DNA of 64,000 nucleotides from Terriglobales bacterium (GTDB lineage: Bacteria > Acidobacteriota > Terriglobia > Terriglobales > Acidobacteriaceae), in the NCBI GenBank assembly GCA_036378535.1, contig DASUWH010000046.1:164520-228519 (forward strand), given 5' to 3'. The position numbers and the translations under genes were made by a program. Shown piece after piece: positions 56,945-64,000 of the stretch; position 1 is the stretch's first letter; each line of letters begins with the position of its first letter. The notes below the pieces were generated by a model. The model had not been told where the DNA came from. It did not search any database and saw nothing but the letters and a program-made list of their open reading frames with translations.

Positions 56945-56962
56945 GCGCCCCTTCAGGGGCGC
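56945..56962 (+). terminator. stem-loop after the HD-domain gene
   Basis: GCGCCCC-TTCA-GGGGCGC lies 15 nt after the stop. T-rich sequence occurs only about 9 nt further on. Confidence 0.4.
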
Positions 56963-57012
56963 TCGGTTCAATTTTACAAAAGGGGCTATCGGCCCCGGTG
57001 AGGCGATAAATC

Positions 57013-58458
57013 TTGATGGCCAAAGAGGCGGTAGCAACCAAAGAAACTGTTACAGCGAAAATGGCGCGCTGGGCGGCGGATGTAAAGTTCCAGGATCTCT
57101 CGAAAGATGCGGTTTACCAGGGCAAGCGCTTCCTTCTCGATTCGGTCGGATGCGCTCTCGGCGGTTACCAGCAACATGACGTCAAAATTGCTCTGGAGGT
57201 GCTGGACGAAGTTGCGGGCCAGGGTCCTGCGACGGTGATCGGTACGGGCAAGCGCATGGACCCGGTATCGGCAGCACTGGCGAATGCGCTGATGATCCGC
57301 TGCATGGACTACAACGATATCTATTGGAAACAGGATCCTTCTCATCCCTCCGACCTTTTCCCGGCCGCCATCGCGTGTTGTGAACGCGCCCACACCGATG
57401 GTAAGGAACTCATCGTCGGACTCGTCCTTGGACATGAGTTCGAAATGCGCTTCTGCGAAGCTGCCTTTCCTGGGGTACGCGAGCGCGGTTGGCATCACGC
57501 CACGCTAACGGCTTTTGTGTCTCCGATCGTGGCCGGGCGCGCGCTCCATCTTTCCTGGGAACGGATCCAGCACGCGATCGGTATCTCCGCGAGCCGACAC
57601 TGCACGCTCGGGGCGGTGACCGCAGGTAAGCTCACCATGATGAAGAACACCGTGGATCCCATGGCCACTCAGAGTGGCGTGCTGGCGGCGTTGATGGCCG
57701 AAAAAGGTTACACCGGTCCGGAGCACGTAGTGGATGGAAAGGAAGGACTCACCCACGTCTTTGGTCCGGATTGGAAGCTGGAACTCCTTACCGCTGGACT
57801 GGGTGAATCCTGGCGGATCACGCAATGTGGCATGAAGGCGTTTCCGACGGAGGCGCTCACGCATACTCCCATCTCCGCTGTCCTGGATCTGGTCAAGAGC
57901 AACGACCTTCGTCCCGAACGGGTAGAGAAAATCCAGATTCGTTCCCTGGCGCGGGCCGCCGACATCCTATCCGATCCCAGCAAATACGATCCTCACACGA
58001 AAGAGACTGCGGATCATTCTTTGCCTTACGTAATTGCCGCGGCACTGGTTGACCGGCAGGTGACGCCGGTGCAATTCACCATGGAGAAGATCATGGAACC
58101 GAAAATCCGCGAACAGTTGCGAAAGGTTGAGGTGGTTGCCGATCCCGAAATCGAGAAGGTGTTCCCGGCATTACAAAGAGTCGTCGTGACGATCACTGCA
58201 ACGGATGGAAGCTCCTTTACCAAGCAACTCGACTTTCCCAAGGGCGATCCGCGAAATCCGCTCACGGACTCGGAAGTCGAAGAGAAGTTTGCAGCTCTGG
58301 CTGAGGGAGTGCTCTCTCCGGGTGCTCAGAAGAAGCTTAAAGATGCGATCTGGGGGCTGGAAAAGATTGGCTCAGTGGAGAAGTTGATGGCGCTGATGAA
58401 GGCCGATATCAAATCGAAGAGAGCGCCGGCGAAGAAGAAAATCAGCCGAAGGCGATGA
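57013..58458 (+). CDS. MmgE/PrpD-family protein (2-methylcitrate-dehydratase-like)
   Basis: 481 aa. KRFLLDSVGCALGG, CMDYNDIYW, HPSDLFPAAIA, GWHHATL, HSLPYVIAAALVD. Confidence 0.8.
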   Translation: MMAKEAVATKETVTAKMARWAADVKFQDLSKDAVYQGKRFLLDSVGCALGGYQQHDVKIALEVLDEVAGQGPATVIGTGKRMDPVSAALANALMIRCMDYNDIYWKQDPSHPSDLFPAAIACCERAHTDGKELIVGLVLGHEFEMRFCEAAFPGVRERGWHHATLTAFVSPIVAGRALHLSWERIQHAIGISASRHCTLGAVTAGKLTMMKNTVDPMATQSGVLAALMAEKGYTGPEHVVDGKEGLTHVFGPDWKLELLTAGLGESWRITQCGMKAFPTEALTHTPISAVLDLVKSNDLRPERVEKIQIRSLARAADILSDPSKYDPHTKETADHSLPYVIAAALVDRQVTPVQFTMEKIMEPKIREQLRKVEVVADPEIEKVFPALQRVVVTITATDGSSFTKQLDFPKGDPRNPLTDSEVEEKFAALAEGVLSPGAQKKLKDAIWGLEKIGSVEKLMALMKADIKSKRAPAKKKISRRR

Positions 58459-58482
58459 TATCCGCCAGCAAATAACAAACAC

Positions 58483-58527
58483 AAGGTCCCTCGACTCGGG
58501 GCTGCGCCCTTGCTCGGGATGACAGAG
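58483..58527 (+). repeat. family-1 dispersed repeat with internal insertion
   Basis: aaggtccctcgactcggggctgcgcccttgctcgggatgacagag, between the PrpD-like stop and the aconitase-family start. Confidence 0.75.
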
Positions 58528-58539
58528 AGGTGGTGAGTT

Positions 58540-60486
58540 ATGGGCCAGACTATGGTTGAAAAGATCGCGCAGGCACACTTGGCCGAAGGGCCAAAGCGGC
58601 CGCTGCGGGCCGGAGATTTCGTATCGATACGCCCATTCCATGTCATGACCCATGACAACACGTCGGCGGTTATGAGCAAGTTCAAGGCAATTGGCGCGAA
58701 GAAGATCTACGACCCCAGGCAACTGGTATTTGCGCTCGACCACGACATCCAGAACCAGGACGAGGCCAATCAGAAGAAATACAGATCTATCGAAGCGTTC
58801 GCCAAGGAACATTGCGTTGTGTTTCATCCAGCGGGTTCTGGCATCGGGCACCAGATCATGGTGGAACGAGGTTTCGTTGTTCCGAGATCGTTTGTGGTTG
58901 CCTCGGATTCGCATTCGAATATGTATGGCGCGCTGGGGGCAATCGGTACCCCCATCGTGCGCACCGATGCCGCCGCCGTTTGGGCGACAGGTGAATTTTG
59001 GTGGCAAATTCCGCGGTCTATCCTGGTCGTGCTCGAAGGCAAACTACCGGAAGGAGCGACGGGCAAAGACGTAATTATCAGCTTATGCGGCCTGTACAAC
59101 CATGATGAAGTTCTGAATGCCGCGGTCGAATTCACGGGTCCCGGGGTGGCGAGCCTGTCCATGGATGAGCGTTTCTCGATCTCGAATATGAGCACCGAGT
59201 GGGGACCGCTGGTCGGCTGGTTCCCTGTGGATGCGATTACGATCGCCTATCTGCGAGGCGTGCGTCAGCGGCTGAAGAAAGAGGGCATTGAGCGGTTTAC
59301 GGAAAAGGACATCGAGAACTGGGAGAAGAATCCGCCCCAGCCAGATGCAAATGCCGTCTACGCCGCCCGGATTATCCTCGATCTGAGCCAAGTCACTCCT
59401 CACGTCTCGGGTCCCGACACGGTCCAAGTCATGCAATCGCTGGCGGAAGTTGCGAACAAGAAGGTTGCGATTCAGAAAGCATATCTGATTTCCTGCGTAA
59501 ACTCGCGGCTTGAGGATCTGGAATCAGCCGCCGCCGTATTGAGAGGAAAAAAGGTTGCGCCGGGGGTGCAGTTCTATCTAGCCGCGGCCAGCGCCTGGGT
59601 GCAGCAAGAGGCCGAGAAACGAGGAACCTGGCAGACACTGCTCGATGCCGGCGCTCATCCCCTGCCGTCTGGCTGCGGTCCGTGCATCGGACTCGGAGTC
59701 GGGCTTCTGGAAAAGGGCGAAGTGGGAATCTCCGCTACGAATCGCAACTTCAAAGGCCGCATGGGATCGCGAGATGCGCAATGCTACCTTGCCAGCCCGG
59801 AAGTCGTGGCCGCTTCCGCTGTTGCGGGTTACATCACAGGCCCACATTCGTTCCCACACCGAACCCCGGTGAAGCAGTATCAGGAATTCGCGGGCAATGG
59901 TGCATCCGCTGAGAAGGTGGAAATTCTGCCTGGTTTTCCTGCTCACGTGCGCGGACGGCTGGTCTTCATGCCGCAGGACAATGTGAATACCGACGCTATC
60001 TATGGGAAAGATTACACCTACCGCGATGACATGACGCCAGAGATGATGGCCAAGGTGGTAATGGAGAATTACGACCCGCAGTTTGCGGCCAGAACGCGGA
60101 GCGGAGACGTGATTGTCAGCGGCTTCAATTTTGGCACCGGCTCCAGCCGTGAGCAGGCCGCCACTTGTCTGAAGGCCAAAGGTATTCCTCTGGTAATCGC
60201 TGCCAGCTTTTCGCAGACTTATCTGCGCAACGCTTACAACAACGGATTCTTGTGCGTGGAAATTCCGGAACTGGTCAACCGCCTGCGCGAGCAGTTTGCG
60301 AAGGAGATTTCGGCGAAGGAGAGGACCATTATTCCCGGAGATGAGATCGACATTGATTTCACGTCCGGAATGATCAGTTGGCGCGACGAGAAGTTTTCGT
60401 TCCCAGCTCTGGGAAGTGTGCCGCAGTCACTGGTGATCGCCGGAGGCGCAGAGAACGTGGTGGCGAAGAGATTGGGTCTGGCATGA
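58540..60486 (+). CDS. aconitase-superfamily hydro-lyase with fused large and small (swivel) domains (homoaconitase / IPM-isomerase-like)
   Basis: 648 aa. HVMTHDNT, ASDSHSNMYGALG. Cluster cysteines in SCVNSR and GCGPCIG. NRNFKGRMG. C-terminal LeuD-like GFNFGTGSSREQA. Confidence 0.8.
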   Translation: MGQTMVEKIAQAHLAEGPKRPLRAGDFVSIRPFHVMTHDNTSAVMSKFKAIGAKKIYDPRQLVFALDHDIQNQDEANQKKYRSIEAFAKEHCVVFHPAGSGIGHQIMVERGFVVPRSFVVASDSHSNMYGALGAIGTPIVRTDAAAVWATGEFWWQIPRSILVVLEGKLPEGATGKDVIISLCGLYNHDEVLNAAVEFTGPGVASLSMDERFSISNMSTEWGPLVGWFPVDAITIAYLRGVRQRLKKEGIERFTEKDIENWEKNPPQPDANAVYAARIILDLSQVTPHVSGPDTVQVMQSLAEVANKKVAIQKAYLISCVNSRLEDLESAAAVLRGKKVAPGVQFYLAAASAWVQQEAEKRGTWQTLLDAGAHPLPSGCGPCIGLGVGLLEKGEVGISATNRNFKGRMGSRDAQCYLASPEVVAASAVAGYITGPHSFPHRTPVKQYQEFAGNGASAEKVEILPGFPAHVRGRLVFMPQDNVNTDAIYGKDYTYRDDMTPEMMAKVVMENYDPQFAARTRSGDVIVSGFNFGTGSSREQAATCLKAKGIPLVIAASFSQTYLRNAYNNGFLCVEIPELVNRLREQFAKEISAKERTIIPGDEIDIDFTSGMISWRDEKFSFPALGSVPQSLVIAGGAENVVAKRLGLA

Positions 60487-60566
60487 AGAGACTCACCACC
60501 ACGGACGCCAACGTCCACCAGGAAGCGCGCGACCTTTTGTGGTGAAGAGGTTTTCAGGAGAATGTC

Positions 60567-61784
60567 ATGGCGAAATACACCGTAGTTACTATGCCCGGTG
60601 ATGGAATTGGCAATCAAGTCCTGCCCGAGGCGTTGCGCCTTTTGCAAGCTGTTGGATTCGACGCTGAATATGTTCACGCCGACATCGGCTGGGAGTGCTG
60701 GCGGAACGAAGGCAATGCGCTGCCCGAGCGCACCATCGAGTTGCTGACCAAGCATAAGCTCGGTCTTTTTGGCGCAATCACCTCCAAGCCCAAGAAAGAG
60801 TCCGACGCCGAACTCAAGCCGGAACTGCGGGGCAAGGGTTATTCGTATTTCAGCCCGATCGTGACCATGCGCCAGAAATTCAATCTCGACACCTGTATTC
60901 GCCCGTGCATCTCGGTTCCGGGCAATCCGCTGAATTTCATTCGCAAGAAGCCGAATGGCGGTTTTGAAGAGCCGTTAGTGAACGTCGTGGTATTCCGCCA
61001 AAACACCGAAGGCCTGTACGCCGGCGTCGAATGGACGAATCCTCCCGAGCAGGTTCGCGCAGCTTTGGCTACCCATCCCAAGTTCAAGCCCTTTGCCAGC
61101 ACGCCCGGCCCGGACATGGCCATCTCGGTCCGGATCATCACCCGTAAAGCTGCGCACAAGATTTGCAAGGCTGCATTCGACTGGGCTCGGAAGTATGGCT
61201 ACAAGTCTGTAACCATCTGCGAGAAGCCCAACGTCCTGCGCGAGACCTCCGGCATGATGGAGGAGGAAGCTAAGAATGTGGCGAAGGAGTATCCGGGAAT
61301 AGCGCTGTGGTCAACCAACATCGATGCCCAAACCATGTGGCTCACCAAGAATCCCGAAGATTACGGAGTGGTGGTCGCCTCGAACCTGTTCGGTGATGTG
61401 ATCTCGGACGCCTTTGCTGGCTTGATTGGCGGTCTGGGCTTTGCGGCTTCCGGCAACATCGGTGATGAAGTCGCGGTCTTCGAACCTACGCACGGGTCCG
61501 CTCCCAAATATGCCGAGCTGAATCCTCCCATCGTCAATCCGATTGCTATGTTTCTTTCCGCGGTAATGCTGCTCGAGCATGTTGGCGAAAACGAAAAGGC
61601 CGAGCGGATTCGGAACGCGATTAACGCGGTCGTAAAAGAAGGCAATGTGCGCACCTACGATATGATGCGCCTTGCTGGCGGCGGGAAAGCTATCGCGCAA
61701 GGCGCAGCCAGTACCGTGCAAATGACGGATGCCGTTCTGGCAAAGCTGGGTAAGAAGGCCAGCTTGCAAGCCGCATCGGATTAG
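60567..61784 (+). CDS. isocitrate/isopropylmalate-dehydrogenase-family beta-decarboxylating dehydrogenase (IDH-like insert)
   Basis: MPGDGIGNQV, FRQNTEGLYAG, NLFGDVISDAFAGLIGGLGFAASGNIG, FEPTHGSAPKYA. Contains an IDH-type inserted segment. Confidence 0.8.
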   Translation: MAKYTVVTMPGDGIGNQVLPEALRLLQAVGFDAEYVHADIGWECWRNEGNALPERTIELLTKHKLGLFGAITSKPKKESDAELKPELRGKGYSYFSPIVTMRQKFNLDTCIRPCISVPGNPLNFIRKKPNGGFEEPLVNVVVFRQNTEGLYAGVEWTNPPEQVRAALATHPKFKPFASTPGPDMAISVRIITRKAAHKICKAAFDWARKYGYKSVTICEKPNVLRETSGMMEEEAKNVAKEYPGIALWSTNIDAQTMWLTKNPEDYGVVVASNLFGDVISDAFAGLIGGLGFAASGNIGDEVAVFEPTHGSAPKYAELNPPIVNPIAMFLSAVMLLEHVGENEKAERIRNAINAVVKEGNVRTYDMMRLAGGGKAIAQGAASTVQMTDAVLAKLGKKASLQAASD

Positions 61785-61972
61785 TTGCTTTTCGACTGGA
61801 CAAACGCGGAAATCAGCGGAAAATAATGCGAGTCGTTGTTTGGGTAGTTGTTGGCCACGCCCGGGACTTCAGGTTTTATAGTTTCGCCAAGGGCCAAAGT
61901 CCAGCGACCAAAGATTGTTTGAGCGTACTCCCAACCGGCCCAACCATCACGGTTTCGGGTGATGCGAGTCAC
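61781..61972 (-). CDS. doubtful small ORF (63 aa), convergent with and overlapping the IDH-family stop by 4 nt
   Basis: ORF only. No RBS, signal or family motif recognised. Confidence 0.2.
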   Translation of the reverse strand: MTRITRNRDGWAGWEYAQTIFGRWTLALGETIKPEVPGVANNYPNNDSHYFPLISAFVQSKSN

Positions 61973-62102
61973 GGCACAAAGCGCCCTCAGAATCTCTAAT
62001 AGACTCGCAATACTGGTGTGTTCTTTTTCCGGTACTGTTCCTAAATCTCGTGCGTGGCAAGCGGCATTGCCACTGGCTTCTTAAAATTGGAGGACGATTC
62101 CG

Positions 62103-63500
62103 ATGAGCACTACACTTACACCTCCCGAAACCAGGACTTCGGGGGACTACATTGAATCCGTAATGAATACCGTCAAGGCAAAGAATCCAGCCGAGCCGGA
62201 GTTTCATCAGGCAGTACAGGAAGTATTCGATTCCCTTCGTCTGGTGTTGGCCAAACATCCGGAGTACCGCGCCGCCAAGATTCTTGAGCGCATCGTGGAA
62301 CCGGAGCGGGTCATCATGTTCCGCGTGCCCTGGTTTGATGACCAAGGCAATATCCAGATCAACCGTGGCTTCCGCATTGAGATGAACAGCGCCATTGGCC
62401 CCTACAAGGGCGGCCTCCGCTTCCATCCTTCGGTCAACCTCGGCATTTTGAAGTTCTTGGCCTTCGAACAGGTTTTCAAGAACTCGCTGACCACGCTACC
62501 CATGGGCGGCGGCAAGGGTGGATCCGACTTTGATCCCAAGGGCAAGAGCGACAACGAAGTGATGCGTTTCTGCCAGAGCTTCATGACTGAGTTGTCCCGC
62601 CACATTGGTCCTGATACGGACGTACCGGCGGGCGACATCGGCGTAGGCGGCCGCGAGATTGGCTACCTGTTTGGTCAATACAAGCGCCTGCGCAACGAGT
62701 TCACAGGTGTTCTGACCGGAAAGGGTCTGAACTGGGGCGGCTCCCTGATTCGTCCCGAGGCGACCGGCTACGGCTGCGTTTACTTCGCCGCCGAGATGCT
62801 AAAGAGCCGTAAGGACTCGCTTGAAGGCAAGCTCTGCCTCGTTTCCGGCAGCGGCAATGTGTCGCAATATACGGTCGAGAAGTTGCTTGACCTCGGCGCG
62901 AAGCCGCTGACTGTGTCCGATTCCGACGGCGTGATTTACGATCCGGACGGAATCAATCGCGAGAAACTGGCTTGGGTTATGGATCTGAAGAACACTCGCC
63001 GTGGCCGGATCCGTGAGTACGCGGACAAGTTCAAGAAAGCCGTTTTCATGCCCACCGACATCAAGCTGGATCACAATCCTCTCTGGAACATCAAGGCGGA
63101 TTGCGCGTTCCCGAGCGCCACCCAGAATGAGATCACCGCGAAAGATGCGAAGAACCTCATCAACAATGGCGTTAAGGTTGTGGCTGAAGGCGCGAATATG
63201 CCGAGCACGCTGGAAGCGACCAAGCTGTTCCTGGAGGCAAGGATCCTCTATGGGCCGGCGAAGGCTGCCAATGCCGGCGGCGTGGCCACCTCTGGCCTCG
63301 AGATGGCGCAGAACAGCGCGCGTTTGAGCTGGACCCGCGAGGAGGTTGACGACCGCCTGCACAAAATCATGATCGCCATTCACCGCAATTGCTTCGAGAC
63401 TGCCGACAAGTACGGCACCCCGGGCAATCTGGTCAATGGCGCCAACATCGGCGGCTTCCTGAAGGTTGCCAACTCGATGCTGGATCAGGGCCTAGTGTAA
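62103..63500 (+). CDS. gdhA: NADP-specific glutamate dehydrogenase
   Basis: FEQVFKNSLTTLPMGGGKGGSDFDPKGKSDNEVMRFCQSF is the Glu/Leu/Phe/Val dehydrogenase active-site block. GSGNVSQY Rossmann motif. RBS GGAGGA. Confidence 0.9.
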   Translation: MSTTLTPPETRTSGDYIESVMNTVKAKNPAEPEFHQAVQEVFDSLRLVLAKHPEYRAAKILERIVEPERVIMFRVPWFDDQGNIQINRGFRIEMNSAIGPYKGGLRFHPSVNLGILKFLAFEQVFKNSLTTLPMGGGKGGSDFDPKGKSDNEVMRFCQSFMTELSRHIGPDTDVPAGDIGVGGREIGYLFGQYKRLRNEFTGVLTGKGLNWGGSLIRPEATGYGCVYFAAEMLKSRKDSLEGKLCLVSGSGNVSQYTVEKLLDLGAKPLTVSDSDGVIYDPDGINREKLAWVMDLKNTRRGRIREYADKFKKAVFMPTDIKLDHNPLWNIKADCAFPSATQNEITAKDAKNLINNGVKVVAEGANMPSTLEATKLFLEARILYGPAKAANAGGVATSGLEMAQNSARLSWTREEVDDRLHKIMIAIHRNCFETADKYGTPGNLVNGANIGGFLKVANSMLDQGLV

Positions 63501-63508
63501 GTTGTGGC

Positions 63509-63531
63509 GCGGACACTCCTGTCCGCCTTTT
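63509..63531 (+). terminator. Rho-independent terminator of gdhA (family-3 element)
   Basis: GCGGACA-CTCC-TGTCCGC followed by CTTTTGG, 9 nt after the stop. Confidence 0.65.
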
Positions 63532-63540
63532 GGACCGAAT

Positions 63541-63664
63541 GGGTGCCCCACCCCTGTCCGTGCGGTTTTCACGGACGGGGGTGGGGATTTACGTTTTACT
63601 GATCTAAAATTCGACCAAGAAATCCCCACCCTGTCGCATAAGGCGCGACAAGGGTGGGGCACCC
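63541..63664. repeat. two inverted copies of a ~47-nt hairpin repeat (family 2: GGGTGCCCCACCC..GGGTGGGGA)
   Basis: 63541-63590 gggtgccccacccctgtccgtgcggttttcacggacgggggtggggattt. 63620-63664 is the reverse-complement version, aaatccccaccctgtcgcataaggcgcgacaagggtggggcaccc. Each folds into a 14-17-bp stem. Confidence 0.75.
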
Positions 63665-63670
63665 GCAATC

Positions 63671-64000
63671 ATGAGCACCAGGGCACCCTACACTCCGGCG
63701 TTCGACGCAGAGAAGCTCTTTGAGGGCTTCGAAAACCTCATGCCCTTCCGGGTGCAGGATATCCTGCTCGTCTCCAGCCTCTATGACTCATTCATCCTGC
63801 GAGAAGACGGGCGGCTGAATGAACTTTTGATCGGCGAATCAATCGAGTTGAACCTGCAGGAAATCCCCGGACTGACCCATGTTTCCAGCGGCGCTGAGGC
63901 GCTGAAACGCTGGGAGCCGCGCTACAACCTGATCGTCACCAATCTCGACGTGGGCGACATGAATGCGGCTGAACTGGCCCGGCGCGTCAAAGAATCCGGG
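63671..64000 (+). CDS. partial CDS (5' end only): receiver-like N-terminal domain protein
   Basis: ATG 63671 opens a frame that runs to the window end (110 codons). FRVQDILLVSSLYDSFILREDGRL resembles the atypical receiver-like N-termini of some PEP-utilising/kinase-type proteins. No clear SD. Confidence 0.5.
   Translation, partial: MSTRAPYTPAFDAEKLFEGFENLMPFRVQDILLVSSLYDSFILREDGRLNELLIGESIELNLQEIPGLTHVSSGAEALKRWEPRYNLIVTNLDVGDMNAAELARRVKESG

Noticed and set aside
1-64000. Search for defence islands, toxin-antitoxin pairs, retron/DGR reverse transcriptases, integrases, transposases and prophage genes.
   Set aside because: None recognised. The only nuclease-type gene is the HNH protein overlapping the comF stop. 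The window looks like conserved core chromosome rather than an accessory region.

Overview
This is a gene-dense, moderately GC-rich chromosomal window. It looks like core genome of an Acidobacteriota-type soil bacterium. That assignment is an inference from a VWFA-related secreted protein, many ECF, sigma-54 and two-component regulators, and short GC-rich dispersed repeats that sit exactly between genes. About 50 protein-coding genes can be supported by motif recognition. I find no rRNA, tRNA, CRISPR array, transposase, integrase, phage gene or canonical defence system.

Gene content, left to right:
- an ECF sigma / anti-sigma / DUF4097 / PDZ envelope-stress-like cluster
- yggS, an OPT transporter, and ComF plus HNH genes (stop/start overlap)
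- xseA and a frameshifted GT39-type glycosyltransferase
- phoB, phoR and a phoU-like gene
- a sigma-54 two-component pair followed by a GcvH-like / 4Fe-4S / NrfD-like membrane module
- an alpha-galactosidase-like lipoprotein and a DeoR / SIS / PfkB sugar operon
- a secreted adenosine deaminase plus a purine nucleoside phosphorylase
- an M28 peptidase, a homoserine-dehydrogenase-like gene and a class-V aminotransferase
- sucA
- a cytochrome c fused to a PHM/DBH-like copper monooxygenase
- a TPR pseudo-peptidase, a PilZ protein and a hybrid histidine kinase
- a PrpD-like / fused aconitase-family / IDH-family trio, then gdhA

Most unusual signals:
1. A ~775-bp gene-free gap (33275-34049) holds two abutting paralogous stem-closed RNA-like domains with the same helix / 4x1 internal loop / helix geometry.
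2. The sigma-54-linked GcvH-like / FeS / NrfD module has no catalytic subunit. Its GcvH-like domain has Glu where the lipoyl-lysine should be.
3. The haem-c / copper-monooxygenase fusion.
4. Several short dispersed repeat families, a decayed four-helix-bundle gene remnant flanked by inverted GTTTCAA repeats, one frameshifted gene and one probable ATC start.

All functional calls rest on motifs read by eye, with no database search. Start codons are often uncertain.
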